A stretch of DNA of 64,000 nt, from positions 1 to 64,000 of the IMG/VR virus record IMGVR_UViG_3300041964_000082. One strand, given 5' to 3'. Both the position numbers and the translations under genes were made by a program. The notes under the pieces were generated by a model. The model was not told the origin of the DNA. It worked only from the letters and a program-made list of their open reading frames with translations, and did no database searches. Source of the DNA: a virus. Positions 12,403-21,948 of the stretch are shown piece by piece; positions within the stretch are counted from its first letter, which is position 1, and the number at the start of each line of letters is the position of its first letter.

Positions 12403-13677
12403 TTGTTGATGACTAAACGCCTGAAGCTACCTTTTCAAACTGTTCTCATCTCAAAGGTGGGCAGGGGGCATGGGGGCGAGATGTTCGCGCCTCCCTATCC
12501 TCTAGCCCCGACTCAAGTTACTTTGTCGGGCGGACAGGGGCATGGGGGCGATATTTCGTCACCACTCAACCTTGCAGGCGGACAGAGGCATGGGGGCGAA
12601 AACTTTGTCTATGCACCGATTTTGGCGCTGTCAGGGGGGCATGGGCACGGAGGCGAAATAGGGCAACCCGTCTCAGCGATCGGGGCACATGGGCATGGTG
12701 GGCAGATCACCTTTGCTTGCGCCTACGAGAACCTTAGAGGGTGGACATGGGCATGGTGGAGACGTGCTTGTAACGCCTGCGTATATCCGCATGAGAGGGG
12801 GGCATGGGCATGGCGGCGAACTCAGACCCCGCCTCAACTTTGCAGGTGGACATGGGCACGGCGGGCAAATCCTAGCGCGATCGAACCCACTGAACCTTGC
12901 AGGTGGACAGGGGCATGGCGGAGATATCGCGGCACTAGCGGCAGCTTTTGCCATGTCGGGTGGACATGGGCATGGCGGCGCACTGGCATTGCCACCCAGC
13001 ATCGTCAACAGCGCCCTAACGCGCTATATGTTTGCTGATTCCAACGTCACTAGAGACGGAAGCGATCTAGTGACGCAATGGAGAGACAAAAACCCGCTGA
13101 GCGGTACGGTAAGCAACAGCGGATCGGGTCGCCTTTGTATGTCGCAAGCGCCATCAATACTCAACCTGCTCTCAGGTTTAATGGATCATTAAACTTCCTA
13201 TCAGGTGCAGGCGGCGGTTTAATCACGGCGGCACAGTTTACCGCTTTTGTCGTTTTCAAAGCCAGCAGCATTACGGCAAATAGCTCAATTTCCTTTTACA
13301 ACCAAACCTTAATTAGTACAACTGGGGGTTGGTGGGGGCTGCATCTCAGAACGCCGAACATCGTGATCGCTCAGAACTACACACTGTCAGGCGACACTTC
13401 GGTCACACGAACACTTTCCAGCCCAACCGCCCTAACGATCGCAACGGTTTGGCACGGAGGCAACGAACTAAACCTGCAACTCAACCAGGGGACAGTCGGC
13501 ACGATCGCGAGTGGAGACACCGGATCAATTAGTGATACCTTCCGCATCGGTCGCATTACTTCGGGGGCCTACTATGCGGGCGATATTGGAGCAATCTTGA
13601 TTTACAACACCGCGCTTTCGGATGTCGATCGAACCTATGTCCAAAACTATCTAAACGAGATTTACGCGGTCTTCTAG
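12403..13677 (+). CDS. Tail fibre/receptor-binding protein with GHGHGG repeats and a C-terminal LamG/ConA-like domain (frameshifted)
   Basis: About 10 G(H/Q/R)GHGG repeats; VTQWRDK, PALRFNG and GDIGAILIYNTALSD..VQNYL motifs typical of phage LamG-like domains. Confidence 0.65.
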
Positions 13678-13712
13678 CGTAGGAATTCTCAGGCGATGCT
13701 CACAAAGAGTTT

Positions 13713-14397
13713 ATGCCGCCAACAAGTTTTGCCGCATGGGATGAGAGAGTCGGTCGAGTAATGTACTTGGGAGACGCCCGACCCGACCCCAGCAGATTCA
13801 GAGTTATGCTGCTCAACGGTCTGAGCGTCACCCGAAATACTTCAAAGGCTGCGATCGTCTCAGCCGAAGTTTTAGGTGGTGGCTATCTCCGCGCTAGCTA
13901 CGCACCGAGCGGGGGCGTTTTCGACTCAGGACAAAATCGATATGAACTATCAACCGTAAACGTCGATATTTCAATCAGTGGCACATCAATTCAGTGGTCA
14001 AGCGTGGTTCTGTTTGCTGATGCCGCTGCTGTTCATGCCCTGACAATGGGGGCGATTAATACCTCAACCGATCGAATCACAATCACAGCGCACGGGCTGA
14101 CCAGCGCAACTGAGGTAGCAGTTACTACAACGACTGTGCTGCCTGGGGGATTGTCGCCAACACGCTGTATTTCGCTAGGGTTATTGATGCGAATACGATC
14201 GAGCTTGCATACCACCTCAGCCTTAAACAGCATCGTCGATATCACCACGGCGGGGACTGGCACTCACTCACTCAGAAACGCCACAGGAACGCCTTTCAGT
14301 TTGAGAACTTTGCCGCTCAAACCGTGGGTGCTGGGGCTACTCAGTCGCTTCGCATCGATTGGGCGATTATGAACGCAGGCAACGTGAATGGTGTCTG
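13713..14397 (+). CDS. Minor tail/fibre-associated protein (frameshifted)
   Basis: 219-aa ORF; TDRITITAHGL..LPGGLS and VDITTAGTGTHSL segments are common in phage tail proteins. Confidence 0.55.
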
Positions 14398-15754
14398 ATG
14401 AGCGAAGAGTACACCGCTAGGAGATTGGCATCTTTCGGCAGCAGCTAGTCCGCCACCGCAGCTTAGCGGCATCGATCGCCCGTCAAGAAGAGATCGATGC
14501 TACATCGCCCCCACTGCGATATGTTAGCTACGATGCCGATCGGGGTGCGAGAGCTTCGATGGATGGCGGCATGGTGTACGTGCCAACAATTACCAACGGG
14601 GCGATCGCGTTGGGGTCAAGCGTGATTAGTACGGGCGGGTGTTGGACGGCAGGCCCAGAGTGGTGCGAGAAGAACGGAGGACACAAGAGCGCGTGAGTTC
14701 AACCGTTGCCTATCTGCTAGAAGCGCTGCAAGAGTCGTTTGGTGGCACTGAAACGCCTGTGACGACGATGCCGCAGACGATTCTCTATCTGCGGATCAAC
14801 AACCGGACGATCGAGCTACTGAACATTGACAGTCGCATCGCCAACCGTCGATCGAATGGCATCACGCCGCTGTTTTTCTCGATTGTCGATCGCCCTCGCA
14901 GCGCGTGATTGTGCAAGTCGTTACGACAGCCGCAGAGACTTAGGGACTAGGAAGCGACGAGACAATTACTCATACACCCGTTCGTCTGCATACATGGATT
15001 GTGAACGCCTAGCAACGGGCAATCGATCGCTGCTCACACGCAAGTTTTAGGCAATCGCACCCAGAATCAGACCTGGAGTTTTGGCAACTACGGCAGCATT
15101 GATTTTGAGGCAGGAAATGCAATGACCTTGGGGCTATTTCCCAAAGCGATCGAGTACCCTGCCGCTCTTGCCACATGGAGCCAACACTTGATCACAAGTT
15201 CGGTTGTGACCTTCGGCAACTTGACCGCTCATCGGGCTGTACAGCCGCAGAGTTGGGCGCGGGCAGACATGGCGGGGTTCTATCCATTTATCAATCCCAC
15301 TGCTATCAGTAATCAGCTAACGCGGCTACGGGTTCTCTATCAAGGGACAGGGTATCAGCCGACTTTGCCGGGGCTGTTTGGCAGCAGTTCAAGCTTGGCG
15401 ATCGAAACTGCACCTGTTGCGGATGTGACGACCGCGCTGAATCAGCCCGACACGGTATTTCGACAGCGCAAACGACTGACTCAGCGCACAGATTTAATCG
15501 CGGATCACCCTGCTTTTAGCGCTTGGGGCTTCACACTCGAAACCTATCTTACTAACCTGTTTTATCCGTTTAACACTTTCAATGCACCAGGGACGATCGG
15601 GCAACTCTTGACAGCTACCCCAACCGATCAAATTCAGTCTGCCAGAACAGACATGATCTTTGCGAATGTGATGTTGCCGGGGGGCGCAGACTTTATCGAA
15701 AGACGATCGCCCTATCGGTATTTTCGATTACTCAATGCTTTGGGAGTACCTTAG
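14397..15754 (+). CDS. Putative virion protein (frameshifted)
   Basis: Fragments 14639-14908 and 15122-15754; N-terminus resembles ORF 15755-16033. Confidence 0.4.
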
Positions 15755-16033
15755 ATGCCCGATGAAAACAGCGCCCGTAGCCTCGGAAAAAAACGACAAC
15801 AGAAGCAGCGCGAACGCCATCTCAGCAGGACTACAGCACCGGATCGTCGTCCACTGAGTGGCGAGTGTGTGGGCTACGATGCCGATGCTGCTGCCTACCT
15901 AATCAAGATTCCAGGCGGCGGTGTGATTCGGGCAGCAAGTTTATCGAATGGAGCGATCGCAAGGGGCGATCGAGTTCGGGTGAACACGGCGAGAGGAAGT
16001 TCTCAGGCAACAGTTGACGGAATGCCACGTTAA
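15755..16033 (+). CDS. Small putative virion protein
   Basis: Intact 92-aa ORF abutting the upstream stop. Confidence 0.6.
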   Translation: MPDENSARSLGKKRQQKQRERHLSRTTAPDRRPLSGECVGYDADAAAYLIKIPGGGVIRAASLSNGAIARGDRVRVNTARGSSQATVDGMPR

Positions 16034-16315
16034 TTAGCTGTAGTGTCCTTCAACTTTTGATGAGATCAATTGGATTAAAGCAAGCTCTGAATCAGTAAAA
16101 GACTCTTCGCTGTCAAAGTATCGAGAGCTTAAATAATCGATACTTTCATTCTTAAGGATGACTCGCAAGTACTTAATCAATAGCTGTCTGTATATATCTC
16201 TTTCTGTCGCAAACTTCGGCTGATTAGACGCTGTGACAGGATCTTCATTCCATTGGGACACAACACGAGTAAGCAAAATTACTTCTTCTTCCGTCCAAGG
16301 ATTCGGGTTTAGCAT
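16034..16315 (-). CDS. AT-rich reverse-oriented moron, hypothetical
   Basis: 93-aa ORF convergent on the tail operon, lower GC. Confidence 0.55.
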   Translation of the reverse strand: MLNPNPWTEEEVILLTRVVSQWNEDPVTASNQPKFATERDIYRQLLIKYLRVILKNESIDYLSSRYFDSEESFTDSELALIQLISSKVEGHYS

Positions 16316-16383
16316 GTGGCGTCAGGTTCAAGTAGCCTCAGTCTAGCTAGCGGGAATGCTGCTATCAAGAATTCTGAGGCAGT

Positions 16384-17131
16384 ATGAGCGCAACCCCAAC
16401 CCTAACCGCCGCTTGCCCGATCGATCGCCTCAGCAATGTCGATCTGCTGTGGGTGCAACAGCAACTCCTAAGAGGCGGCTACCTCGATCGCCCCACAGAT
16501 GCAGACGGCTTGATCGGCAACCGCACTCGCACCGCCTTTGCTAATTTCAAGCGTGACGCCTCTTTGTCCGATCCTGAGCTAATTGGCGGCACGTCGATCA
16601 CACTAGTTGCAGCAGCTTGACGCGCCTCACAAGGTCAGTGAGCAACAGCAGGCGTTGGCGACCAAAGCCAATCCAATCGCAGGTACTCGATCGGGTAAGC
16701 GGGCAATTCTTCCAGTAGTCGGTGAAGTCTACGAAAACGATGGATCGCTGATGGCGCTTACCTGACCTGGGGTGAAATGCTGCGCGGCTTTAGCCGATGC
16801 CGATCGGGTCTGCCACTTTTGGGAGCGAGGAGCAGCTTGTAAAAAACATGCTGGCAACTGCGGCAGCATACCGATGATCCGGCAGAAGTTCGGCAGTCCG
16901 ATCGCCATCAACTCTGCCTACAGACCATACACCTTAGACATTGGAGCATCACGATCGCAGCACAAATATGGTCGCGCTTTGGACTTGCGCCCGCTCAATG
17001 GCGATTTTAAACGGTTGCTGGAAGTTGTCAAAAGTACCTCAGCCATCAAGGGGATCGGGCTAGCTCAGCCAAGCTTTTTGCACGTCGATATCAGGCCAGA
17101 AAAGAAGCGCACTATTTTTCGCTATGCGTAG
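16384..17131 (+). CDS. Endolysin: peptidoglycan-binding domain plus peptidase M15 (frameshifted)
   Basis: VQQQL...ADGLIGNRTRTAF PG-binding motif; INSAYR, SQHKYGRALD and FLHVD Zn-peptidase motifs. Confidence 0.85.
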
Positions 17132-17132
17132 G

Positions 17133-17300
17133 ATGACATTGCTCTGGCAGGACGGCGATCGAGTCCGCAACACCAATACCGACCAACTCGCGACAGTGCG
17201 ACTAGAGCTGGGATCGTCGCCTGTGTTGGCGCTTGATCAGGGTGGCGTAGTTTCAGGACGGCAGGAGATCTTGCAGTCGATGGGGTGGAAAAAGATATGA
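17133..17300 (+). CDS. Small hypothetical protein (55 aa), paralogue of the next ORF
   Basis: Manually translated MTLLWQDGDRVRNTNT...SGRQEILQSMGWKKI; ATGA overlap with 17297. Confidence 0.55.
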   Translation: MTLLWQDGDRVRNTNTDQLATVRLELGSSPVLALDQGGVVSGRQEILQSMGWKKI

Positions 17301-17467
17301 ACTGGCGTAAGGGCGATCACCTAAAAAACTCACAAACGGGTGACAAGGGCACGATCGCGCGGATCAACGGGCAAAGCGTTCATGTTCACCATCGAGATGC
17401 GCCGGGAATCTCGGTTGGGACGCAGGAACGATTAGAGCTGGCAGGGTGGGAGTTAGTGGAAGATTGA
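17297..17467 (+). CDS. Small hypothetical protein (56 aa)
   Basis: MNWRKGDHLKNSQT...VGTQERLELAGWELVED. Confidence 0.55.
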   Translation: MNWRKGDHLKNSQTGDKGTIARINGQSVHVHHRDAPGISVGTQERLELAGWELVED

Positions 17468-17515
17468 GCGGCGATCGGGTGCAAAGCAGGCAAACACACA
17501 GCAAAAGGGTTGAAA

Positions 17516-18004
17516 ATGAAAGCACTAAGCGATCGTCAGAATACAGCGGGCTTCACTTTGATCGAAGTTTTGATAACGATAATCATTATCGGTATCCTCA
17601 GCTCTCTCGCTTTGCCAGCGTACTTATCACAGGCTGCAAAAGCCAAACAGACAGAAGCGAAGGGGTATGTGAGTGCTGTCAATCGCGCTCAGCAAGCCTA
17701 CAGAATCGAAAAGTCTACATTTGCTGGGGAATGGACAGACCTAGAAATTGGCATTCCTGCCGAAACTCAAGACTATACCTACACTCTGAGCGCTGCGAGC
17801 GAAACCACAACAACGATCGCTGCCGAATCAGAAGCGCCTGAACTGCGCGACTACTCAGGCGGCGTGGTAGTCCTGCAAGACAGCGGGCAAACGTCCGTAG
17901 CCGCCTGTCAGACAACCAAAACAGGTGGGAGCGTGATTCTGCCGACGCTCGATCGATCGATTGGGGCAGGATGTGAGGGCAACGATGTGGAGATCATGCG
18001 GTAA
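17516..18004 (+). CDS. Type IV pilin (cyanobacterial pilin G/H-like family)
   Basis: Class III signal G|FTLIE, hydrophobic helix, QAAKAKQTEAK...VNRAQQAY motif, C-terminal Cys pair. Confidence 0.92.
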   Translation: MKALSDRQNTAGFTLIEVLITIIIIGILSSLALPAYLSQAAKAKQTEAKGYVSAVNRAQQAYRIEKSTFAGEWTDLEIGIPAETQDYTYTLSAASETTTTIAAESEAPELRDYSGGVVVLQDSGQTSVAACQTTKTGGSVILPTLDRSIGAGCEGNDVEIMR

Positions 18005-18216
18005 GCAATGGCTAACTTTTCTCCACGGCAAGGACATCCGATCGAAGTCTCCCGGCAACCGCTGTTTGTTCTGTCGATCGCGTGTCTGCGTCTCGCCTGG
18101 GTCGTATTGCGAAGATTGGCTAGCGTACATGATACGCGGCAACGAAGTGGGTATGGTTCACAATCGCTGCTTCTATGGCGGCGGCGAACCAAACAAAGAG
18201 AAGGCAAGGTAAACAG

Positions 18217-18579
18217 GTGGAACAACTGCTAGCCCATTTGTGCGGAGACTGGATGACCCAAAATAATTGGATTGCCCTGAACAAACGCACCTCTCCATCA
18301 TGGCTACCCGTCCTGGTACATGGCATGTTCTACGGTCTGTCATTTGTGGTCACAAGCCTTGCTTTTGATTCGCCCGAAATGCGATCGCTCATGCCTTTAG
18401 CCTTTATCGTCAGCACTCATATTCTGGTTGATCGATTCAATGTAGCCTCGCTATGGGTGAGAGCCTACAACTGGCAATGGGACGGCGATCGCCCCAACGT
18501 GCCTAACTTCGTCCTCTTGTGCTGCGACCAATCAATCCATTTGTGGCTAAATGCTATTGCTTTGCACTATCTTTCTTGA
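18217..18579 (+). CDS. DUF3307-like membrane protein
   Basis: AHLCGDW..Q, H...Y, THILVD and DQSIH conserved motifs. Confidence 0.8.
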   Translation: MEQLLAHLCGDWMTQNNWIALNKRTSPSWLPVLVHGMFYGLSFVVTSLAFDSPEMRSLMPLAFIVSTHILVDRFNVASLWVRAYNWQWDGDRPNVPNFVLLCCDQSIHLWLNAIALHYLS

Positions 18580-19230
18580 TTCGTCTATTTTCTCTCATCA
18601 AAGGAGTTGTCAATGCTTTTTCTATCGACCATCCACACTTAAAGCGCCTGCTGATAGTAGTAGGTCTAAAGCCCAGCCTTCTTTCCCACTCTCTTACACA
18701 AAGCGTCTCACCTTGAAAAGTTATCCATCGTGTCGTTCGTCTGTTTGCCGCTTGCTCTATCGGAGTAGCCCATCGACAGTTGTCTTTTGAGTAGCCACAA
18801 TTGTTGTCAATCCGATCAATCGAATGCTGTCTTGTTGGAGGTTCGCCCATATCCTCCAAAAACGCCTCGAAACTGTTGCGCATCGATCACAGACTGTAAT
18901 TCCTTTTGCCCCGTAATTTGCATAATTTGAGTCTTTGCAATCACAATGACACCGAGAAATCATTGCAGACCACGATCTAAAAGCGCCAGACAGATTATGT
19001 CCTCGCGTGTGTCCATGCGTGGAGAATCTTTCAGCAGCGGCAACTGCTGCAAGATCTTTCTTCAAACAACCACAAGATCTTGTGTGTCCTGTTGTAACCT
19101 TATGCTTGCTAAATTTCTTTTGTGTTCCGCAGTCACACAGGCATTCAAGTTGCGCTCTTCCGCCCAATATCTCTTTGACAACGGGTCAAACGACCAAACC
19201 GATCGCCCGGATCACTGTTATTCTTGTCAT
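18554..19230 (-). CDS. HNH endonuclease 1 (frameshifted)
   Basis: CLCDCG, SCGC, WSAMISRC, NYGAKGITVC, HSIDRIDNNCGYSKDNCRWAT..Q..N. Confidence 0.88.
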
Positions 19231-19313
19231 AGCCCTCTCGCAAGTCGTGTTGTGAAATGGGTCAGCCGTTGCCGAATGTTGGAAGCATTTTGCAGCGGCG
19301 TTTCTATTATTTT
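19225..19313 (+). ncRNA. Candidate cis-antisense RNA over the HNH1 start codon and leader
   Basis: Conserved with 20766-20853; hairpin with G-U pairs on the + strand followed by a U-rich tail. Confidence 0.5.
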
Positions 19314-19334
19314 AACAAATCTAAGAAATGCAGT

Positions 19335-19391
19335 CGATCAATCAATTCACCTGTGGCTGAATGCTCTTGCTTTGCACTACCTGATCATCTA
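19335..19391 (+). repeat. Orphan second copy of the DUF3307 3' end
   Basis: 41/48 nt identical to 18525-18572; encodes DQSIHLWLNALALHYL. Confidence 0.9.
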
Positions 19392-19404
19392 GGAGGCGAT
19401 CGCC

Positions 19405-19689
19405 ATGCCAGATACACCCCTTGAACGCCTCGCAGAATTAGAAGCCGCTGTAGCAAAGCTAGAGGTAAGCGATCGCCTGCAAGTGAAGCAAATTCGGCTG
19501 ATCCAAAAGCTCAACTCTGCTCTGTTTGGGTGCATAGCGATCGGGCTTCTGCTCAGCCAGCAAACCATCCAAAGCCCTGAAAATAGACAGATGTTAGAAC
19601 GCATTGCGATCGGCGTAATAGCAGCAGGTGCGTCTGGTTTAGGCTTAAGTGGGTTTCTGGAAACGAAAGAATCGGAGTCAACTGAATGA
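19405..19689 (+). CDS. Holin-like small membrane protein
   Basis: N-terminal coiled coil, two hydrophobic segments, charged tail, GGAGG RBS; lysis region. Confidence 0.45.
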   Translation: MPDTPLERLAELEAAVAKLEVSDRLQVKQIRLIQKLNSALFGCIAIGLLLSQQTIQSPENRQMLERIAIGVIAAGASGLGLSGFLETKESESTE

Positions 19690-19946
19690 CTTTCCACAAA
19701 TCCAGTAATTACGTCGAAATAACCTGCCCTGCTTGTGACGAGCAAGGAAATCGGCTTATTCCAGTTGAATCAGTTGCCTTCAGAGTTCATATCAGCATCG
19801 CGATCGACCCGAAAATGAGCCAGAGTCAAAAGACTTTCAGCCACTATTGCAAGAGTTTTATGAAAAGCTAAATCAACATTGCATAGAATTTAACGATCGA
19901 TACACCGCTTTAATCCAAGGTTAATTACCCAAGATCGATCGCCCTC

Positions 19947-20069
19947 ATGCCCGCAACCCAGCAACCCAGTGCCCGCGAACTCTTGAGAGCGATCGAGCAG
20001 AACGAATTGCGGCTCCACTATCAGCCGATCGTTTCTCTGCAAGCTCCAGCCTTGCCTGTGAGCGGCTAC
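19947..20069 (+). pseudogene. Orphaned EAL-domain N-terminus
   Basis: LLRAIEQNELRLHYQPIVSL...VSGY breaks off just before the EAL motif; the rest of the 302-aa ORF is the antisense shadow of HNH2. Confidence 0.8.
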
Positions 20070-20077
20070 AAATCAAT

Positions 20078-20771
20078 TTATCCGGCCTCTCTAGCTGCTT
20101 TACTGCCTTTAGCTGATACTCCCTTTCTGTTCATACTTGGTGTTGTAAAAGCTTGCTCTACACTCCATCCTCTCTTTAGCCGACTGGATAACAGTGACGC
20201 GGGCAAACACACTTTGTCGCTCCACTCCTGCAAGCACAAAGACTCACCTTTATATTCAACAATTGTGTTGTTAGATCTGTTTCTTTGTTGTTGCTTGCGC
20301 GTTGCCCATCGACAATTTTCTTTTGAATACCCTAAATCGTTGTTTCTACGATCGAGAGTATGTTTATTTGTCGAAGGCTCACCCATATCTCAAGAAAGCT
20401 TCAAAGCTTTTACGCCATCGATCGCAAACTGTAATGCCTCTGCCACCATAGTTCTCGTAATAAGTATTCTTTGGATTGTGGCAACGTTGAATCATGTTCG
20501 TCCAAATTCGGTACAGTCTTGTTTTACGTCCACATGGGGTATGACCATGCTTTGTTATACGCTGCCGAGTAACATCAGACTGAAGACACCCGCACGATTG
20601 AGTGTGTCCAGTACGCAGCGCTTGCAGCAGAACTTTGCGCTTTTTGCCGCAATCACAAAAACATTCAAAGACTCGATACGTTCTACCAGAAGAAATCCTA
20701 TGTCTGGCAACTTCCTGAACGATTGTCAGCCGACCAAATCGATCGCCCGGATTTACTGTTATTGTTGTCAT
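20078..20771 (-). CDS. HNH endonuclease 2 (frameshifted), paralogue of HNH1
   Basis: GDRFGRLT, CFCDCG, SCGC, NYGGRGITVCDRW, HTLDRRNNDLGYSKENCRWAT. Confidence 0.9.
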
Positions 20772-20853
20772 AGCCCTCTTGCAAGTCGTGTTGTTAGATG
20801 GGTTAGCCGTTGTGAGGTGTTGGAAGCACCCGCAGCGGCGTTTCTATTATTTT
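20766..20853 (+). ncRNA. Candidate cis-antisense RNA over the HNH2 start codon and leader
   Basis: Hairpin GCCGTTGTGAGGTGTTGGAAGCACCCGCAGCGGC plus T-rich tail; covaries with the copy at 19265-19299. Confidence 0.5.
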
Positions 20854-20911
20854 AGCTTAAATAATATTGATAGCTTGCTAATTACTTGTCGCTCAACAAA
20901 GCCTAATTATT

Positions 20912-21653
20912 GTGAACATACTAGACGCGCTAGAAAAAAAACAACTTCTGTTGTACTATCAACCAATTGTTGATCTGCAACAGCACAGCGCCCCAGTAGT
21001 GGGGTATGAAGCGCTTTTACGCTGTAAATGCCCCGATCGAGGTTTTCTACTTCCTAAAGACTTCCTACCCAGCATTACCCAAGCAAAAATAACTGATTTC
21101 AAGTGGCAAACGCCTTTATTTAACTGGGTATTCACTGAAGCATGTAGAACAGCAGACAACGCTTGAAGACGGGCTGTACTTGAGCGTAAACGTCGAACCT
21201 ATGCAGTTTCTTGAAGCTGGGTTTGTAGCACGAGTCAAGCAAACAATAGAACAGCTAAACCTTAAAGGCCGAATATGTTTTGAGATCACGGAACACTCGA
21301 TCGCGAGTCGTGATTTGCTAGTTCTACAGCAAGAACTTACATTATTAACAGAATCAGCAAAAGTTGCTCTAGATGATGTTTGGACAGGCAATGCTTCTTT
21401 GTGGAGAATTAGCGAACTGTATGGGTTGATTGACCTCTTAAAAATCGATCGCGTTTTCATGCCAAAAGACTCGTTTGATCGCAAGTCGATTGCTATCTTT
21501 AGGTGTTTCGTCACACTAGCTGACGCTCTGGACTTGCAGACAGTAGCAGAGGGGATTGAAACACAGCAACAGGTTGATTTCTGTCGATCGCTGGGCGTAC
21601 GCTTTGCTCAGGGGTTCTTTTTCGGGAAGGCGCAGGCAGAGTTGGCGCAATGA
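20912..21653 (+). CDS. EAL-domain c-di-GMP phosphodiesterase (one frameshift near 21165)
   Basis: YQPIV, EALLR, SVN, EITE, LDDVWTG, LKID, VAEGIE and QGFFF motifs. Confidence 0.9.
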
Positions 21654-21948
21654 GTTGCAAACCCTGCCAAGACTTTAAAAGTCGTGGGAGAGCATTAGAA
21701 TTAAGACATATCTTTACGGTGTTACCAATGGAAGATAACGAAGACTTTCAATTGTCATCTGAATTACGCAACTTTTGGCACTACCTGAAATACAATCCAG
21801 CGTCGTTGTTTGATTACTGGTTAAAACATATGAAGAGGCCATCTGAAGAATTTTGGATGATGCTCAACTGGAACAGCCCTAGTTTCTGAGACTAACTTCT
21901 TCGCTTTGTACACTTGTACTCCCACGAAGCGACGGCTAAAATGTAGGG

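Noticed and set aside
12459-12980. CRISPR array
   Set aside because: Repeats are short, vary at third codon positions and are protein-coding; no cas genes
19947-20855. 302-aa ORF as a real protein
   Set aside because: Only the first 41 aa are EAL-like; the remainder is the antisense shadow of HNH2
18554-20912. Group I introns carrying the HNH genes
   Set aside because: HNHs are antisense to the host genes, there is no room for an intron core, and duplicated gene ends make splicing unnecessary
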